Assembly: GCA_965203905.1 (NCBI GenBank)
Contig: CBDBDQ010000005.1
Location: 5,440,001 to 5,504,000 of the forward strand
Reading direction: 5' to 3'
DNA from: Spirochaetia bacterium
GTDB taxonomy: Bacteria; Spirochaetota; Spirochaetia; SZUA-6; Bin103
Length of the DNA: 64,000 nt
Below are positions 19,139 through 29,174 of this stretch, piece after piece. Every line of letters begins with the position of its first letter. Position 1 is the stretch's first letter. The translations under genes were made by a program, and so were the position numbers. The notes below the pieces were generated by a model. That model saw nothing but the letters and a program-made list of their open reading frames with translations. It had not been told where the DNA came from and searched no databases.

Positions 19139-20700
19139 TCACGTGGCCCCGCCTGGCGACGGCCGGTCCTCCCGATGCCGGAAGCGGTGGTGGGCTCGAC
19201 AGCGCAAGTTCCCGGGCTCCGCACCGCCGCCGAGGGCGAAGGGCACGATGTGGTCAAGCTCCAGCAGAAGCGGGACCTGCAGCGCCGCCCGCTGTGCGGA
19301 TCGACGTAACTGCAGCAGCCGCCGTCGCGGTGCCACACCTCGCGCCGCACCGATGCCGGAATGTACCGGGATCGGCACGCCCGGTGGGCCGGCTGCGCGC
19401 TGCCTCCGGAGGGGCCGGCTGCCGCCGCCTGCGGGCGCGAACGGCTATCGAGTTGCGCTCCTGCCCGCTTCGCTGGCGAAGGAGCGGTGCGACCGCGATT
19501 CGCCGCTGCCCGCGCGGTCGGCAAGCTCTGGTCTGCCCGCGGCGCCGCTGCGGGGGCGTGGGACCCACCATCCGCCACCGACTTCGCCGCCGAAGCCGCG
19601 GTGCCGGGCGCCGCCGCCGCTGGCTTGGCATTCACCGGAGTGCTGCCCCGGCAAGTCTCGCGCTCCGACCGCGCCGCGGGCAGCGTTGCCACCGGCGAGG
19701 TGCCGGCGTGGCCAATCCCGCGCGCGGGTACCTCTGCGGACAGCGCTGCCGGCGCCGGGGTGCTGCCACCGCCGATCGTGCCCTCCGGCGTCGGTGGCAC
19801 TCCGGGTTGCTCTTGCGCGCCCCGCTTCGCCGGCGAAGCAGCCCCGCCCGCCGGCCCTTCCTGCGCCTGCGGCTCCGGCGCCTGGCCCGCGCTTGCCTCC
19901 CGGCGCCCACCTCTGCGACCGCGCGGCGGGCGCCCCGGGTCGTAGCGCTGCAGGCCGTCCTGCACCAGCCGCTCCACCATCTGCCCCAGCGTCAGGTGCG
20001 GGTGCACGTGCGACAGCAGTGCCCGTAGCTGCTCGATCCCGCACTGACAGGCAGAGTCGATCACCACCTTCAACTCCCAGCGGCCCTCGCCCAGCGCCCG
20101 CATGCGATCGGCCGGCCGCGCCAACTCGGGAGCCACCCCGGCCAACAACTGCTTCACCTCGCGGGTGCTCTTGCCGCTCGCCTGCGCCACCAACTCCTGC
20201 CGCTGCGCCGCGTCCAGCGGCGGCACCGCTCGCGCTGCCGCCGCTGCCCCGGTCCCCAAAGCCCCCGCCTCCGGCGCCGTCCCCGTGCCGCCCGGCAGCA
20301 GCTCCGGTGCCGTGGGTGCCGCGCCGGGGTCAGCGGCGGCGGTCGCCGTGCGCTGCAGGAGATCGAAGGTGTTCTGCAACTGCGCCGCCGCGCTCAGGGA
20401 GAGCGAGCCGTCCTGCAGCCGCTCGCGCGTGCCGGCGGTATCGGAGCACAGGCGCATGGCCTTTGTGCGGCGCCAGGCGGCGCCTTCGCTGTAGCCCAGC
20501 TCGCGCACGGCGTAGTCGAACAGGCTGGAGAACCCGAGGCGCAGGTGGAGGTGGCGGGCGTGGATCTCGCGCAGGTGGTCGAGGACGGCGAGCTGCAGCG
20601 CCTGCTCGTGCAGGACGAGGGACCTGGTATGCGCCAGCAGTACCTGGTCGGGGAGCTCGGAGAGCGAGGAGGAGAAGCCGGCAGGGATCGCGGTAGCCAT
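19139..20700 (-). pseudogene. DUF222-like/HNH endonuclease domain protein, frameshifted inside the HNH domain
   Basis: N-terminus GFSSLFDYAVRELGYSEGAAWRR. RYIPASVRREVWHRDGGCCSY..C continues in another frame as LELDHIVPFALGG...NLRCRAHH (one base missing near 19266). Confidence 0.8.
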
Positions 20701-21210
20701 GGCGTAAATATAATCATGGCTGAGAAATGACCGGTTTCGGCGAGTCCCGGATCGGCACCGGGAAGGCCTCAAGCCGGCGCTTGTGGGGTGCTGGCGGACC
20801 TGGAGGGCGTGGCGGGATGTACGAAGGGTCGGAGGGGCCGGAACGTGCGGCAGAAGGCCGTTACGAGCAGCGCCAAACCCGTCAAGTGCCCAGCGCACTT
20901 TTTTCGACACTTTTCGCAGGATCCTGCACCGCGGCGGCGCACCGTGGCCGACTCCACCAGCAGGTGACGCCATCAAGGCTGGCTACCGCGAGAGGTCGAC
21001 CCAACGTGGCAGCAACGCACCGGGCGGAGACCGGCGAGATGCGGATGGGCAGCAACCCACTCATTCCTGGACACATAGTACGGCTAACAACCGCGCACCC
21101 TGAAGGCGGCGATCTGGCAGATACCGCCACACGGGATTCAGACGTCGTTCACCATGGGATGGCCCTGCACGCCACGAGCGGCCGGTCGACAGGAGCGGTA
21201 TGATGCCGCC

Positions 21211-23757
21211 ATGCCCACCCCCGCTTCCGACCTCCTTACGGCGCTCGACCTGAATGGGGCCTTCAACGCCGACCGCGCCGCGCTGCCCGCACCGCTCGCC
21301 CCGCCGCCCTCCCTGGAGCGGGCCTTCGGCCCCCAGGTGTTCCGCGGCATGCCGTTCCTGCTCGGCGCGGCCGGCGCACCCAACGTGCTGCTGGTCGACG
21401 GCGAGCCGGTCACCGTCGCCGCCGGCGGGTTGACCGCGCGCTACCTGGTCTTCCTCCACTACGTTGCCGACCGCCCCTCCAACTATCTGCCCGGCTTCGC
21501 CGACACCGACCACGACGGCAACGAGCTGGGCGATCACGTGGCCGACTACGTGCTGCGTTACGCGGACGGGACCGAGCACGTGCATCCGATCCGCCGCCGC
21601 TTCGCGATCCAGCAACCGCGCATCGGCTGGGGCGCCAGTCCGTTCGCCGCGGTGCCGCTGCACCCCGACCAGGTAACGGCTTCGGCCGCCGAGGATCAGG
21701 CGGTGGGGCGCACACCGGTGGCCGCCTACGGCCGCGGCGAGACCCGGCACAGCTCCGGCCGCGACGCCGGCGGCGAGTGCGCCTGGCTGTACGCCCTGCC
21801 CAATCCCCATCCGCGGCGGGCCGTCGACAGCGTCCTGCTGCGGCCCGGCGCCGAGCCCTGCGCCGTGTACGGCATGGCCGCGACCGAGCTCACCGAGCAC
21901 CCGCTACGGCCAGGCACGCGGCGCAAGCTGGTCGTGGAGCTGGCGCCGGGAATGCGTTTCAACGATGCCCACGAGCTGGAAGGGGTGGACCTGGACCTGG
22001 GTACCGTAATTTCCGCCCGGCCGGCGCTCGGCTACGACGCGGCGGCATGGCGCTCCGGTACGCCCAACGTGCAGCCGACGGCGTCCACCACGCGGGCGCT
22101 GGTGGAGTACGCCGCGCACCCGGCGGCCAAGCTGTACCTGGGCGGCCGCGCCGTGGCGCTGCAGGAGCTGGCGGGCTCGTCAGCGGTGGTGGCGACCGCC
22201 GAGCGCCCGGTGAGGATCAGGGTCACCGAACGCGGCTCGGCGCAGCCGGTGGCGGTGCGGCTGCACCTGCACGGGGCCGCGGGCGAGTACCTGCCGCCCA
22301 AGGGCTACCACCGCACGGTGAACGGCAACTGGTTCGAGGACAACTACGGCGAGTTCGTCAACGGCCTCAACCAGTACGCCTACATCCCCGGCGAGTGCGT
22401 CGCCGACCTGCCGCTGGGCGAGGTGTTCGTGGAGATCAGCCGCGGCTACGAGGTGCGGCCGCTGCGCACGCGGGTCACCGTAACGCCGCACACCGACGAG
22501 CTGTCCTTCGAGCTGGAGCGGGTGCTGCAGTGGCGCGAGCGCGGCTGGGTGACGGCCGACACCCACGTCCACTTCCTGAGCCCGCAGACCGCCCTGCTGG
22601 AGGGTGCCGCGGAGGGCGTGAACGTGGTCAACCTGCTGGCCAGCCAGTGGGGAGAGATGTTCAGCAACGTCTCCGACTTCGACGGCGCCACCACGCTGGG
22701 CGCGCGCGATTTCGGCGGCAGCGGCGAGTTCCTGGTGCGGGTCGGTACCGAGAACCGGATGCAGGTGCTGGGCCATATCTCGCTGCTCGGTTACTCCGGC
22801 GCCATGATTCAGCCGCTGTGCACCGGCGGTCCGTCGGAGTCGGCGATCGGGGATCCGCAGGAGGTGACCATGGCCGACTGGGCCACGCGTTGCCTGGAGC
22901 AGGGCGGGCTGGTGGTGATGCCGCACGGCCCCAACCCGCAGTGCGAGCGCGCCGCCGACATCGTGCTGGGGGTGGTGGACGCGATGGAGATGATGACCTT
23001 CAACCCGTGCGACGCCCAGCTCAACCCCTACGGCATCGCCGACTGGTACCGCTACCTCAATCTCGGTTACCGGCTGCCGGTGGTGGGCGGCTCCGACAAG
23101 ATGGCCGCGGCGTCCCAGTTGGGCGGCGTGCGCACCTACACCCAGCTCGGTGAGCGCGCGTTCACCTATGACAACTGGATGGCCGCGCTGCGCGCCGGCA
23201 ACACCTTCGTCACCGTGGGGCCGCTGGCCGAGTTGGCGGTGGAGGGCAGGGCGCCGGGCGCGATCGTCGAGCTGCCGCCCGGCGGCGGTACGGTCAACGT
23301 GGAGTGGCGGGTCGAGTCGGTCAGCGTTCCGATCTCAGCCGTGGAGCTGATTCACGGCGGCGTGGTCGCGGAGCAGGTGGACGCCGGCGGCGCCCTGGAG
23401 GCGGCGGGCACCGTGGCGGTCAGGGTCGAGCGCTCCTCCTGGCTGGCGCTGCGGGTGCGCGGCAGCTACCGGAGCGAGCGCTCGCTCGACATCGCGGCCC
23501 ACACCAGCGCGGTGCAGGTCCGGGTAGGGGGCGCGCGCCCCTTCTCGGCCCACGACGCGGGCCTGATCCTGGACCAGATCGAAGGCGCCCTGGCCTACGT
23601 CGACACCATCGCCCCACGCCCCGATGCGCGCCGCTATCGCCAGCTCCGCGCCACCCTGGAGGGTGCCTGGAACCGCCTGCACCAGACCATGCACCGCCAC
23701 GGCGTGTTCCACGACCACACGCCGCTGCACGACCACGCCGCCCACCACGAACACTGA
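21211..23757 (+). CDS. CehA/McbA-family (PHP-like) metallohydrolase
   Basis: GWVTADTHVH, G.ENR...GHI, WYRYLNLGYRLPVVGGSD, GNTFVTVGP, AHTS. Confidence 0.82.
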   Translation: MPTPASDLLTALDLNGAFNADRAALPAPLAPPPSLERAFGPQVFRGMPFLLGAAGAPNVLLVDGEPVTVAAGGLTARYLVFLHYVADRPSNYLPGFADTDHDGNELGDHVADYVLRYADGTEHVHPIRRRFAIQQPRIGWGASPFAAVPLHPDQVTASAAEDQAVGRTPVAAYGRGETRHSSGRDAGGECAWLYALPNPHPRRAVDSVLLRPGAEPCAVYGMAATELTEHPLRPGTRRKLVVELAPGMRFNDAHELEGVDLDLGTVISARPALGYDAAAWRSGTPNVQPTASTTRALVEYAAHPAAKLYLGGRAVALQELAGSSAVVATAERPVRIRVTERGSAQPVAVRLHLHGAAGEYLPPKGYHRTVNGNWFEDNYGEFVNGLNQYAYIPGECVADLPLGEVFVEISRGYEVRPLRTRVTVTPHTDELSFELERVLQWRERGWVTADTHVHFLSPQTALLEGAAEGVNVVNLLASQWGEMFSNVSDFDGATTLGARDFGGSGEFLVRVGTENRMQVLGHISLLGYSGAMIQPLCTGGPSESAIGDPQEVTMADWATRCLEQGGLVVMPHGPNPQCERAADIVLGVVDAMEMMTFNPCDAQLNPYGIADWYRYLNLGYRLPVVGGSDKMAAASQLGGVRTYTQLGERAFTYDNWMAALRAGNTFVTVGPLAELAVEGRAPGAIVELPPGGGTVNVEWRVESVSVPISAVELIHGGVVAEQVDAGGALEAAGTVAVRVERSSWLALRVRGSYRSERSLDIAAHTSAVQVRVGGARPFSAHDAGLILDQIEGALAYVDTIAPRPDARRYRQLRATLEGAWNRLHQTMHRHGVFHDHTPLHDHAAHHEH

Positions 23758-23784
23758 TGAACGCAATCGGCAACACTGGCTCGT

Positions 23785-24633
23785 TCAGTACAGTGACTCG
23801 TTCAGTTCAGCCAACCTGGCGGAAAGACGCTCGAACTCCCGTTCACCGATAGTGGGCTTCAGTTCCGCAAGCAGGATGCTGATGTCCTCCGTATGCCACT
23901 TGGACTCCTGGAGTTTGCCGTGGGTTACCCGGGACAACGGTCGCGACAGGGTCACCAGGGCGTCATCGGGAAGCGCTATCAGGGTCGCGATCAGGGTTTG
24001 GACAAACCCGTCGGTTTTCTCCGCGGGAGCGAGATAGTGGGACGCATAATGCGTGTATGTCGCGGACTGCAGCGCGGCGCGAAGCTCTCTCGGGTCATCG
24101 GGAAACGCGTCCTCATCATCGACCAGGGCCCCGGCTATCTCCATGAACCGCTCCACCGAGAAGCTCTGCCTAAGGATTCCATAGGAAAGATCGTGAATGG
24201 TCCTGAAGATCTGCAGTCGTCCATCCAGGCGATGGGATATGTTCTGAAGCCCGGTAAGGGCGGAATGGACACGCTCGATCGGACCGGGCTTCTGCAAGCC
24301 GGCAACTACGACGGAACGCCGTAACTGTTCGTCTCCCAGGTAGTCTCTTATTTCGTCCATGTCAGAGGACTCATCGACCCTCTGCATCAGCTCGTCGTGG
24401 ATATTCGTAGCCGCGCTTACGAACGCGCTCCCCTCCGTGACGTGGTCAAGCAACAGTTCCGACCGCTGGGCAAACGACCACAGGTCACTACGGATCTCCG
24501 CGACGCTTTCACTGCGTTCGGAGCGGGCGGTGTAGAGGAGCGTCAGCAGCGCAATCGTGGCCGCCAAAGCCGTGCCGACCGCGCCGACCGCGGTGAGCCA
24601 GCTTGACCAGGTACCTCGAAGTTGAATTTCCAC
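23785..24633 (-). CDS. Hypothetical protein with N-terminal TM helix and helical body
   Basis: Open frame; GAGGAG RBS before GTG at 24633; hydrophobic WLTAVGAVGTALAATIALLTLLY. Confidence 0.65.
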   Translation of the reverse strand: MEIQLRGTWSSWLTAVGAVGTALAATIALLTLLYTARSERSESVAEIRSDLWSFAQRSELLLDHVTEGSAFVSAATNIHDELMQRVDESSDMDEIRDYLGDEQLRRSVVVAGLQKPGPIERVHSALTGLQNISHRLDGRLQIFRTIHDLSYGILRQSFSVERFMEIAGALVDDEDAFPDDPRELRAALQSATYTHYASHYLAPAEKTDGFVQTLIATLIALPDDALVTLSRPLSRVTHGKLQESKWHTEDISILLAELKPTIGEREFERLSARLAELNESLY

Positions 24634-24871
24634 GGAGCGCTCCTCGCGCGGACTCGGCAGTAATTCGGAGCCGCACACCGCTGCGAGATATTGTAACGAA
24701 CGTTCCCAATATATCCCGCCGGATTACGGGTGAGCAACCGGCGCCCCGGCAATGCGCCACCTGCCCCGAAGTCCGAGCGCCGCCTGCAACGTTGATGCCG
24801 AACCATCATCGCATGATCGGCGTCGGCCCCGGTAACCCGTAACGGCCGATGCCGCCGCGCAGCCCGGGCGC

Positions 24872-24974
24872 GTCGCAATGCGCAACCCTGTGGCAAACTG
24901 CGACGGAGGCCATAACGCGTTCCAACACAACTACTTACATCCACGTTGCGGATTCCATCGTTGCATCTTGCCGA
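24872..24974 (+). promoter_or_regulatory. Putative enhancer (UAS) palindromes, copy 2
   Basis: GTCGCAATGCGCAAC (24872), GTGGCAAACTGCGAC (24890, identical to 11009) and GTTGCA (24960). Confidence 0.6.
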
Positions 24975-25085
24975 TTCCCCGACCGCCACAGCGGGCTTCC
25001 TGTGCCCGCCCCCGGTGCCTCCTTGGTACGTGTAATTACATATAGACACGACAATTGAAGAAAACCGAGCGCTTACTCGGAAGCC

Positions 25086-25101
25086 TGGCACGATAGTTGC
25101 T
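25086..25101 (+). promoter_or_regulatory. sigma54 -24/-12 promoter, copy 2
   Basis: TGGCACGATAGTTGCT matches the consensus exactly. Confidence 0.8.
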
Positions 25102-25124
25102 ACATATCCGACAGGGAGGGGGCG

Positions 25125-26762
25125 ATGATCGCAACTATTGGGGGCTTGGCAGGTGGATTCGGGCTGTTCTACATGGGCATGAAGCTGCTCTCGGACCACC
25201 TCATGCTATTGAGCAATCGGCGCCTGCGCATGAGCGCCGCCCGCTGGACCGGCAATCGCTGGACCGGGTTCGCCTGGGGCGCGATTGCCGGCGCCGCAAC
25301 GCAGACCATGCCGGCGCTGACGTTCATCGCGGTGGGCATGTTGAGGTCGGGACTGCTGTCCGTACGCCGGTCCCTCCCCATCCTGCTCGGCGGGAACGTC
25401 GGGGTGGCACTGCTGGTGCTGGTGGTGATGCTCGACATGAAGCTTGCGGTGCTGTACGTCCTTGGCGTATCGCAGATCATGGCCATAATGGCTACGAGAC
25501 GGGCGGTAAGACTCAGGACCATGGCCGCGGCATTGTTCGGGATGGGCATGATGATTCTGGGCTTTCTCGTGCTCAAGGAGTCGGTAGCGCCGCTGGCGGA
25601 CTATCCCTGGTTCAGTGACACCGTGGTCTGGGCGGGCGGCTCCCTGTTCCTGTGCCTGGCCGCAGGCCTGATTCTCACCATCATCGTGCAATCGTGCGGC
25701 GTGGTCACGGTTTGCGCGATGAGCATGTCCATCGCGGGCATCCTCGGCGTCGAACAGGTCATGATGCTGTTCTACGGCGCGTGCCTGGGTTCGAGCGCGG
25801 TCGTGTTCCTGCTGTCGGCAAGACTTACCGGCTGTTCCCGGCAGGTGGCGATGTACCAGGTGTTGTACAATTGCGTCCTCGTTGCCATCTTCGTTCCGCT
25901 GCTCTACCTGGAAGCGCATCTTGGCGTGCCGCTGTTCGGCGCCGTGATCGCGGTCATCGACCTCCCTCTTGAGCAGATCCTTGGGTTGTTCATCATTTTC
26001 ACGACCGTTATCACCGGTCTGGTCCAGCTTGCGGCGCTGGTCCCGGCGGTGAAGTTGCTCGACCGATGGTGGCCGACTACGGAAGCGGAGACATTGTCGA
26101 AACCGTGGTTCATTCACGACGGTACTCTGCACGACGCCGAGAGCTCGCTGGAGCTGGCGGATCGCGAGCAGCGGCGTTTGCTGGAGATATTGTCGCGCTG
26201 CCTGGACACCGTACGGCAGGGAACCGAAATGGGCGCGCTGCGTGAGGCCGCGCGGACCGTGCTGACCCGTGTCGAGGAGTTCCTGGACGACGTGGCGGAG
26301 CACTACCCTGACCACAGCATCGACCACCACGTATCGATGCTGACCCGCCAGCGGCTGCTGTTCTGGCTCGATGAACGCGTGCTGGAGCTGTGTGACGAAC
26401 TGCACGTCATGCCCCAGCAAGCCGAGCTGGACGAGTGGCGCATGGGTCTGGTGGAGGGCATCGACGCCGTGCTGCTGGTGCTGCAGGACGCGCTCGGTAC
26501 AAGCGACGAAGCCTCCTGGCCGGTTGCGCTGCAACTGATGAGCGGGCGCAGCGAGCTGATGCGCAAGATGCGAAGCACCTACCTGGGAGACGAGTCCGAC
26601 CTCAGCGGTGCCGAGCGCAAGAGCGTGCTGCGGCTCACCAGCATCACGGAGCACGTCTTCCTGCTGCTGTCGAAACTTGCGCTCGAGTACCAACCGTCGA
26701 TGGACGTCGCCAGCGTGCGGAACAATGGACATGAACGCGAGCTGCGGGTGGCAAGCGAGTGA
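25125..26762 (+). CDS. Na+/Pi cotransporter family protein (copy 2, full-length paralog of 11245-12870)
   Basis: Colinear with copy 1, with long identical stretches (HLMLLSNRRLRMSAARWT; SMLTRQRLLFWLDERVLELCDELH). Confidence 0.8.
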   Translation: MIATIGGLAGGFGLFYMGMKLLSDHLMLLSNRRLRMSAARWTGNRWTGFAWGAIAGAATQTMPALTFIAVGMLRSGLLSVRRSLPILLGGNVGVALLVLVVMLDMKLAVLYVLGVSQIMAIMATRRAVRLRTMAAALFGMGMMILGFLVLKESVAPLADYPWFSDTVVWAGGSLFLCLAAGLILTIIVQSCGVVTVCAMSMSIAGILGVEQVMMLFYGACLGSSAVVFLLSARLTGCSRQVAMYQVLYNCVLVAIFVPLLYLEAHLGVPLFGAVIAVIDLPLEQILGLFIIFTTVITGLVQLAALVPAVKLLDRWWPTTEAETLSKPWFIHDGTLHDAESSLELADREQRRLLEILSRCLDTVRQGTEMGALREAARTVLTRVEEFLDDVAEHYPDHSIDHHVSMLTRQRLLFWLDERVLELCDELHVMPQQAELDEWRMGLVEGIDAVLLVLQDALGTSDEASWPVALQLMSGRSELMRKMRSTYLGDESDLSGAERKSVLRLTSITEHVFLLLSKLALEYQPSMDVASVRNNGHERELRVASE

Positions 26763-26810
26763 CGGTTCATCGCGACCCAGCCGATCGGATCATCGTGGCT
26801 ACGGTGTGGA

Positions 26811-28283
26811 TTACAGATCGAGGCGCTGAAACTGGCAGTCGGGAGCTTCCACGGCAGTGAGCCGATCGCGCAAGAGGGCGATCATGCGCTGCTCCGGCGC
26901 CGGGTCACGCAACGGGTGCCGCTGCCCGCGATCGGTCTGGCAGTCGAACAACAGGTTGAAGTCAGAACAGTCCAACGCCGACTCTGATAGCTGCCGCCAG
27001 CGGAGCTGGGGGTAGCCGCGGTCGCTCGGGTACTTGAGGAAGTAGCCGTACTCCACGTCCAGCCGGTTCAGCGCCAGGAAGTCCTGGCTGCCGCGCGGCA
27101 TCATGGTATGATGATGCGCCCAGCTCTCGGGCAATGCCTGCCGGAAGTAACGGTAGCGGCCGTCGGTCAGGCACACGTCCTTGCCGAAGCCGCCGTACAG
27201 CACCGCCTGGTGGTGGTCCGCGTCGGCGGCCAGCAGGTGGCACAGCGAGCGGCCCTGCACCTGCTCCGGCACCGCCATGCGGTGCAACTCCAGGAAGGTG
27301 GGCATCAGGTCGACGGTGGTGGTCAGCGCGCGCTGCACGCGGCCTCCACCGGCGCCGGGTGCGCACACGATCAGCGGAATGTGCGCCAGCTCGTCGTACA
27401 GCGCCATCTGCATCTTGCCCCAGTAGCCGCGCTCACCGAGGATGTGGCCGTGGTCGGTGGTCAGCACCACCACGGTGTCGTCCCACATGCCGTGCTGATC
27501 CAGCTTGTCGAGCAGCTTGCCGAGCCAGTGGTCGGCCATCGTAAGTGCGCCACCGTAGCAGGCGCGGATGTGGCGCACCGTCTCCTCGTCGTCGAGCGCG
27601 GGATCGAGACGGCCGTACAGCGGCCAGGTGAAGTGGTAGCGGTCCCAGCGGTCGCCGTACCGTTCGCGGTAGCGCGCCGGGCAGTCGAACGGCTCGTGCG
27701 GGTCGAACACCTCCAGGTGCAGGTGCCAGTCCTGCGCGTCGTGGTTGCGCTCGATGAAGTCCAGGGCGCGCTCGAAGCAGCGCGGCGTGGAGTAGTCTTC
27801 GTCGCGCTCCATCGGCGCGTAGATCTGGTTGCGCCAGTAGCCCCAGCGGCAGGGCCCCTCCAGGCCGCGCGCGCCGTCCGGCTTGGGTGGCTCCTGCACC
27901 AGCGGGCGCCAGGTGTCGCCCTCCTGGCCGCGCACGAACTCCCACGAGCTGTAGATCGTGTTGTAACCCTCGCCGCCGGAGTGGAAGTAGTGGTAGTGGT
28001 CGGTGATCATGTGGCTGTACACGCCGCGCTCCTCGCGCAGCATGGTGGGCAGGCACTCGTCCCACGGCTGCACCGGGCTCCACGGCGTCTCCAGGAAGTT
28101 GACGCGGCCGGTGAGCATCTCCCGGCGCGCCGGCATGCAGGGCAGCGAGCCGGCGAAGTGGTTGTCGAACACCGTGCCGCGCTGCGCCAGCCGGTCGATG
28201 TTGGGGGTGATGGCGAACTCGTTGCCGTAGCAGCGCAGGTAGTGGCGGTTCAGCGAGTCCATGATGATGAAGATGGTTCTCAC
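26811..28283 (-). CDS. Formylglycine-dependent sulfatase
   Basis: IIMDSL, TPNIDRLA, CMPAR (CxPxR), DPHEPF, TTDHG. Confidence 0.92.
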   Translation of the reverse strand: MRTIFIIMDSLNRHYLRCYGNEFAITPNIDRLAQRGTVFDNHFAGSLPCMPARREMLTGRVNFLETPWSPVQPWDECLPTMLREERGVYSHMITDHYHYFHSGGEGYNTIYSSWEFVRGQEGDTWRPLVQEPPKPDGARGLEGPCRWGYWRNQIYAPMERDEDYSTPRCFERALDFIERNHDAQDWHLHLEVFDPHEPFDCPARYRERYGDRWDRYHFTWPLYGRLDPALDDEETVRHIRACYGGALTMADHWLGKLLDKLDQHGMWDDTVVVLTTDHGHILGERGYWGKMQMALYDELAHIPLIVCAPGAGGGRVQRALTTTVDLMPTFLELHRMAVPEQVQGRSLCHLLAADADHHQAVLYGGFGKDVCLTDGRYRYFRQALPESWAHHHTMMPRGSQDFLALNRLDVEYGYFLKYPSDRGYPQLRWRQLSESALDCSDFNLLFDCQTDRGQRHPLRDPAPEQRMIALLRDRLTAVEAPDCQFQRLDL

Positions 28284-28323
28284 GGGCGTGGTCCTCGGGT
28301 CGCGGTGTCGGTAGCGCGGCGCA

Positions 28324-28752
28324 TTATGCCATACTTGGCTTCTCCCATGGATTGATCACGTCCACCTCCAGGCCGTCGAAGTCCGTCACGTTCCGCGTCG
28401 CAAGAGCCAGACCGTGCGCCTTCGCGGTTCCGGCTATCAGCGCGTCGCCGAGGTGCAGAACGCGGCCCGATCGTTGTGCGTGCACCCGCAGCTCCGCGGC
28501 CGCTTCCGCCTCGCGCCGAGCCAACGGCAGGATGCGATCCGCATACTCGGCCACGAACCTGGCCACGACGGCCTGCAATCCCTCGCGCCGGCGGCCGGCT
28601 GGCAGCAAACGCAGACCGAACTCCAGCTCGTGCAGGACGATGCTCGATACCCACAGAGCCCGGTGCCGATTCAGGAATGAGATCACGCGCGCGTCCGGTT
28701 CATCCCTGGTCAGCTCGGAGATGACGTTGGTATCGAGCAGGATCCCTTTCAC
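28324..28752 (-). CDS. vapC: VapC-family PIN-domain toxin
   Basis: LLDTNVISE, DALIAGTA, LATRNVTDF. Confidence 0.92.
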   Translation of the reverse strand: MKGILLDTNVISELTRDEPDARVISFLNRHRALWVSSIVLHELEFGLRLLPAGRRREGLQAVVARFVAEYADRILPLARREAEAAAELRVHAQRSGRVLHLGDALIAGTAKAHGLALATRNVTDFDGLEVDVINPWEKPSMA

Positions 28753-29027
28753 TCGCCTTGCTCATCGATGAACGGGACCGGCCGCCCCGGTTCGTGGCGG
28801 TCCGGAGCGTCGAGGTTCGTACCCCGTGGCATGTTGTCAACCAACCATCGTCCCAGGGGCTGGGCCGAGCGGGAGTGGGCGCTCCAGAGCTCCGCGGGCA
28901 CGACGACGAACGACCTTCTCACGCCGATGCGCTGGGGGCCCTCCTGTTCGGCGCGGCGCAGCACCTCCGAGAGACGCGCCTTTGCTTCGGAAACGGTCCA
29001 GATGTGGCCGGCAGGGGAGTGTGTCAC
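28749..29027 (-). CDS. Phd/YefM-family antitoxin
   Basis: WTVSEAKARLSEVLRRAEQEGPQRI; GGAGG RBS before GTG; GTGA overlap with the toxin. Confidence 0.88.
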   Translation of the reverse strand: MTHSPAGHIWTVSEAKARLSEVLRRAEQEGPQRIGVRRSFVVVPAELWSAHSRSAQPLGRWLVDNMPRGTNLDAPDRHEPGRPVPFIDEQGE

Positions 29028-29174
29028 CAGTATGCCTCCATGTCGAGAATATAGTCTAATATGGACCATGTCGCGCATCTGGCCGATCCGGAGTGGCGGC
29101 GGGCCGCGTTATGCCATACAGTGTGAAGAACTGACGGTACCTGACGCGCAGGGCGCGCATTCGAGGAGGAAGTG

